Source: a virus (taxonomy: Duplodnaviria > Caudoviricetes). Taken from it: a stretch of 25,803 nt of DNA. The notes under the pieces are model-generated. The model was not told the origin of the DNA, did no database searches, and saw nothing but the letters and a program-made list of their open reading frames with translations. The DNA is taken from positions 1 to 25,803 of IMG/VR virus record IMGVR_UViG_3300020404_001222; one strand, written 5' to 3'. Below, one piece after another: positions 25,123 through 25,803 of this stretch (position 1 is its first letter; each line of letters starts with the position of its first letter). A program made the position numbers and the translations under genes.

Positions 25123-25803
25123 TTATTCTTCCGCTAGTTTTTGGAAGTATGATAATGCATCGTCATCATCTTCATTGACTGAGGATGGTGTTGTTGATAC
25201 AGCAGCGGTTACTAATTCCTCTGCAGCACCACGATCATTATCTTCATCTGCAACCTCAAATGATGGAGTTGCTGTCTTCTTGTTTCCAAGAACATAGTCT
25301 AAGCGAGTCTTTAACTCTTCATAAGTCTTGAACTGGTCGTTTGCAACTAACTCAGCGAGAGAGAATTGCTTCTTCCATAATGACTCAAGAGCATCATCAT
25401 CGTCAAGAAGTGGACTAACAGCAGCAAACTCAGAACTGTCGTAGTTACGATAACCCGCAACGTTCTTTGCTTTTAACTTAAAGTTAGCACCTTGCCAGAA
25501 ATCGAATGGATCGATTGCTTCCTCATCCTCAAACTCAGGTTGCATTGCTGCAGTTAGTTTGTCAAAGATTTTCTTTCCATACTTGTATAAGAATACTTTG
25601 CCTTCGTTCTCAGGATTTGCAGGGTCTTTAACCACATATACGTTTGATACATATGTCAACTTACGCTTCTGCTTTCTTGCAGTTTCTTTTCCTTGGTCAG
25701 TGCCATTATTCCAGAGTAAAGAGTTATACTCAGAAACAGGGTCTTTCTGTCCTAGTGTGGTAAGAGAGTTCTCTATATACCATCCACCAGGTCCTTGGAA
25801 TGC
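25123..25803 (-). CDS. gp32: Single-stranded DNA-binding protein gp32, 5' end outside the window
   Basis: The frame stays open to the window edge: AFQGPGGWYIENSLTTLGQKDPVSEYN...ARKQKRKLTYVSNVYVVKDPANPENEGKVFLYKYGKKIFDK...GANFKLK...NYDSSEF, with an acidic tail ending YFQKLAEE. Confidence 0.97.
   Translation of the reverse strand, partial: AFQGPGGWYIENSLTTLGQKDPVSEYNSLLWNNGTDQGKETARKQKRKLTYVSNVYVVKDPANPENEGKVFLYKYGKKIFDKLTAAMQPEFEDEEAIDPFDFWQGANFKLKAKNVAGYRNYDSSEFAAVSPLLDDDDALESLWKKQFSLAELVANDQFKTYEELKTRLDYVLGNKKTATPSFEVADEDNDRGAAEELVTAAVSTTPSSVNEDDDDALSYFQKLAEE

Noticed and set aside
25657-25659. ORF-track TTG start for gp32
   Set aside because: This is an internal Leu codon; the frame continues with gp32 sequence to the window edge.
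1-25803. tRNA, rRNA, CRISPR arrays, introns, homing endonucleases
   Set aside because: Intergenic gaps are all short and no such signatures were seen; the nuclease motif in gp4 is its normal fold.

Overview
AT-rich DNA from a T4-like marine cyanomyovirus (Kyanoviridae-like; the low GC suggests a Prochlorococcus host). The window covers the conserved baseplate/tail block and the variable tail-fibre block. From right to left: gp32 ssDNA-binding protein (partial, minus strand) with its terminator; a plus-strand operon of gp4, a gp2-like gene, gp48 and gp53; a divergent pair of late promoters; then a long minus-strand run of gp54-like, gp26, gp51 (missed by the ORF track), two paralogous tape-measure-like genes, a gp27-like hub, gp5 (OB fold, no lysozyme), a gp5-C-like spike, a tail-collar fibre, a small gene with an early-type promoter, a 1913-aa fibre with an S74 chaperone, a 707-aa fibre, a TIGR02466-type 2OG-Fe(II) oxygenase, a Gly-rich gp38-adhesin-like protein, two hypotheticals, an Asp/Asn beta-hydroxylase-like oxygenase, and a DPPY-motif DNA methyltransferase (partial, missed by the ORF track) with its own sigma70-type promoter. 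The most notable signal is a complete candidate -1 ribosomal frameshift element at the gp26/gp51 junction: a T TTT TTC heptamer, a 5-6 nt spacer, and a hairpin that buries the gp51 AUG. Slippage would give a 300-aa gp26-gp51 fusion directly upstream of the tape-measure-like genes, the same layout as lambda G/GT and P2 E/E'. All family assignments come from motif recognition and synteny, not database searches.
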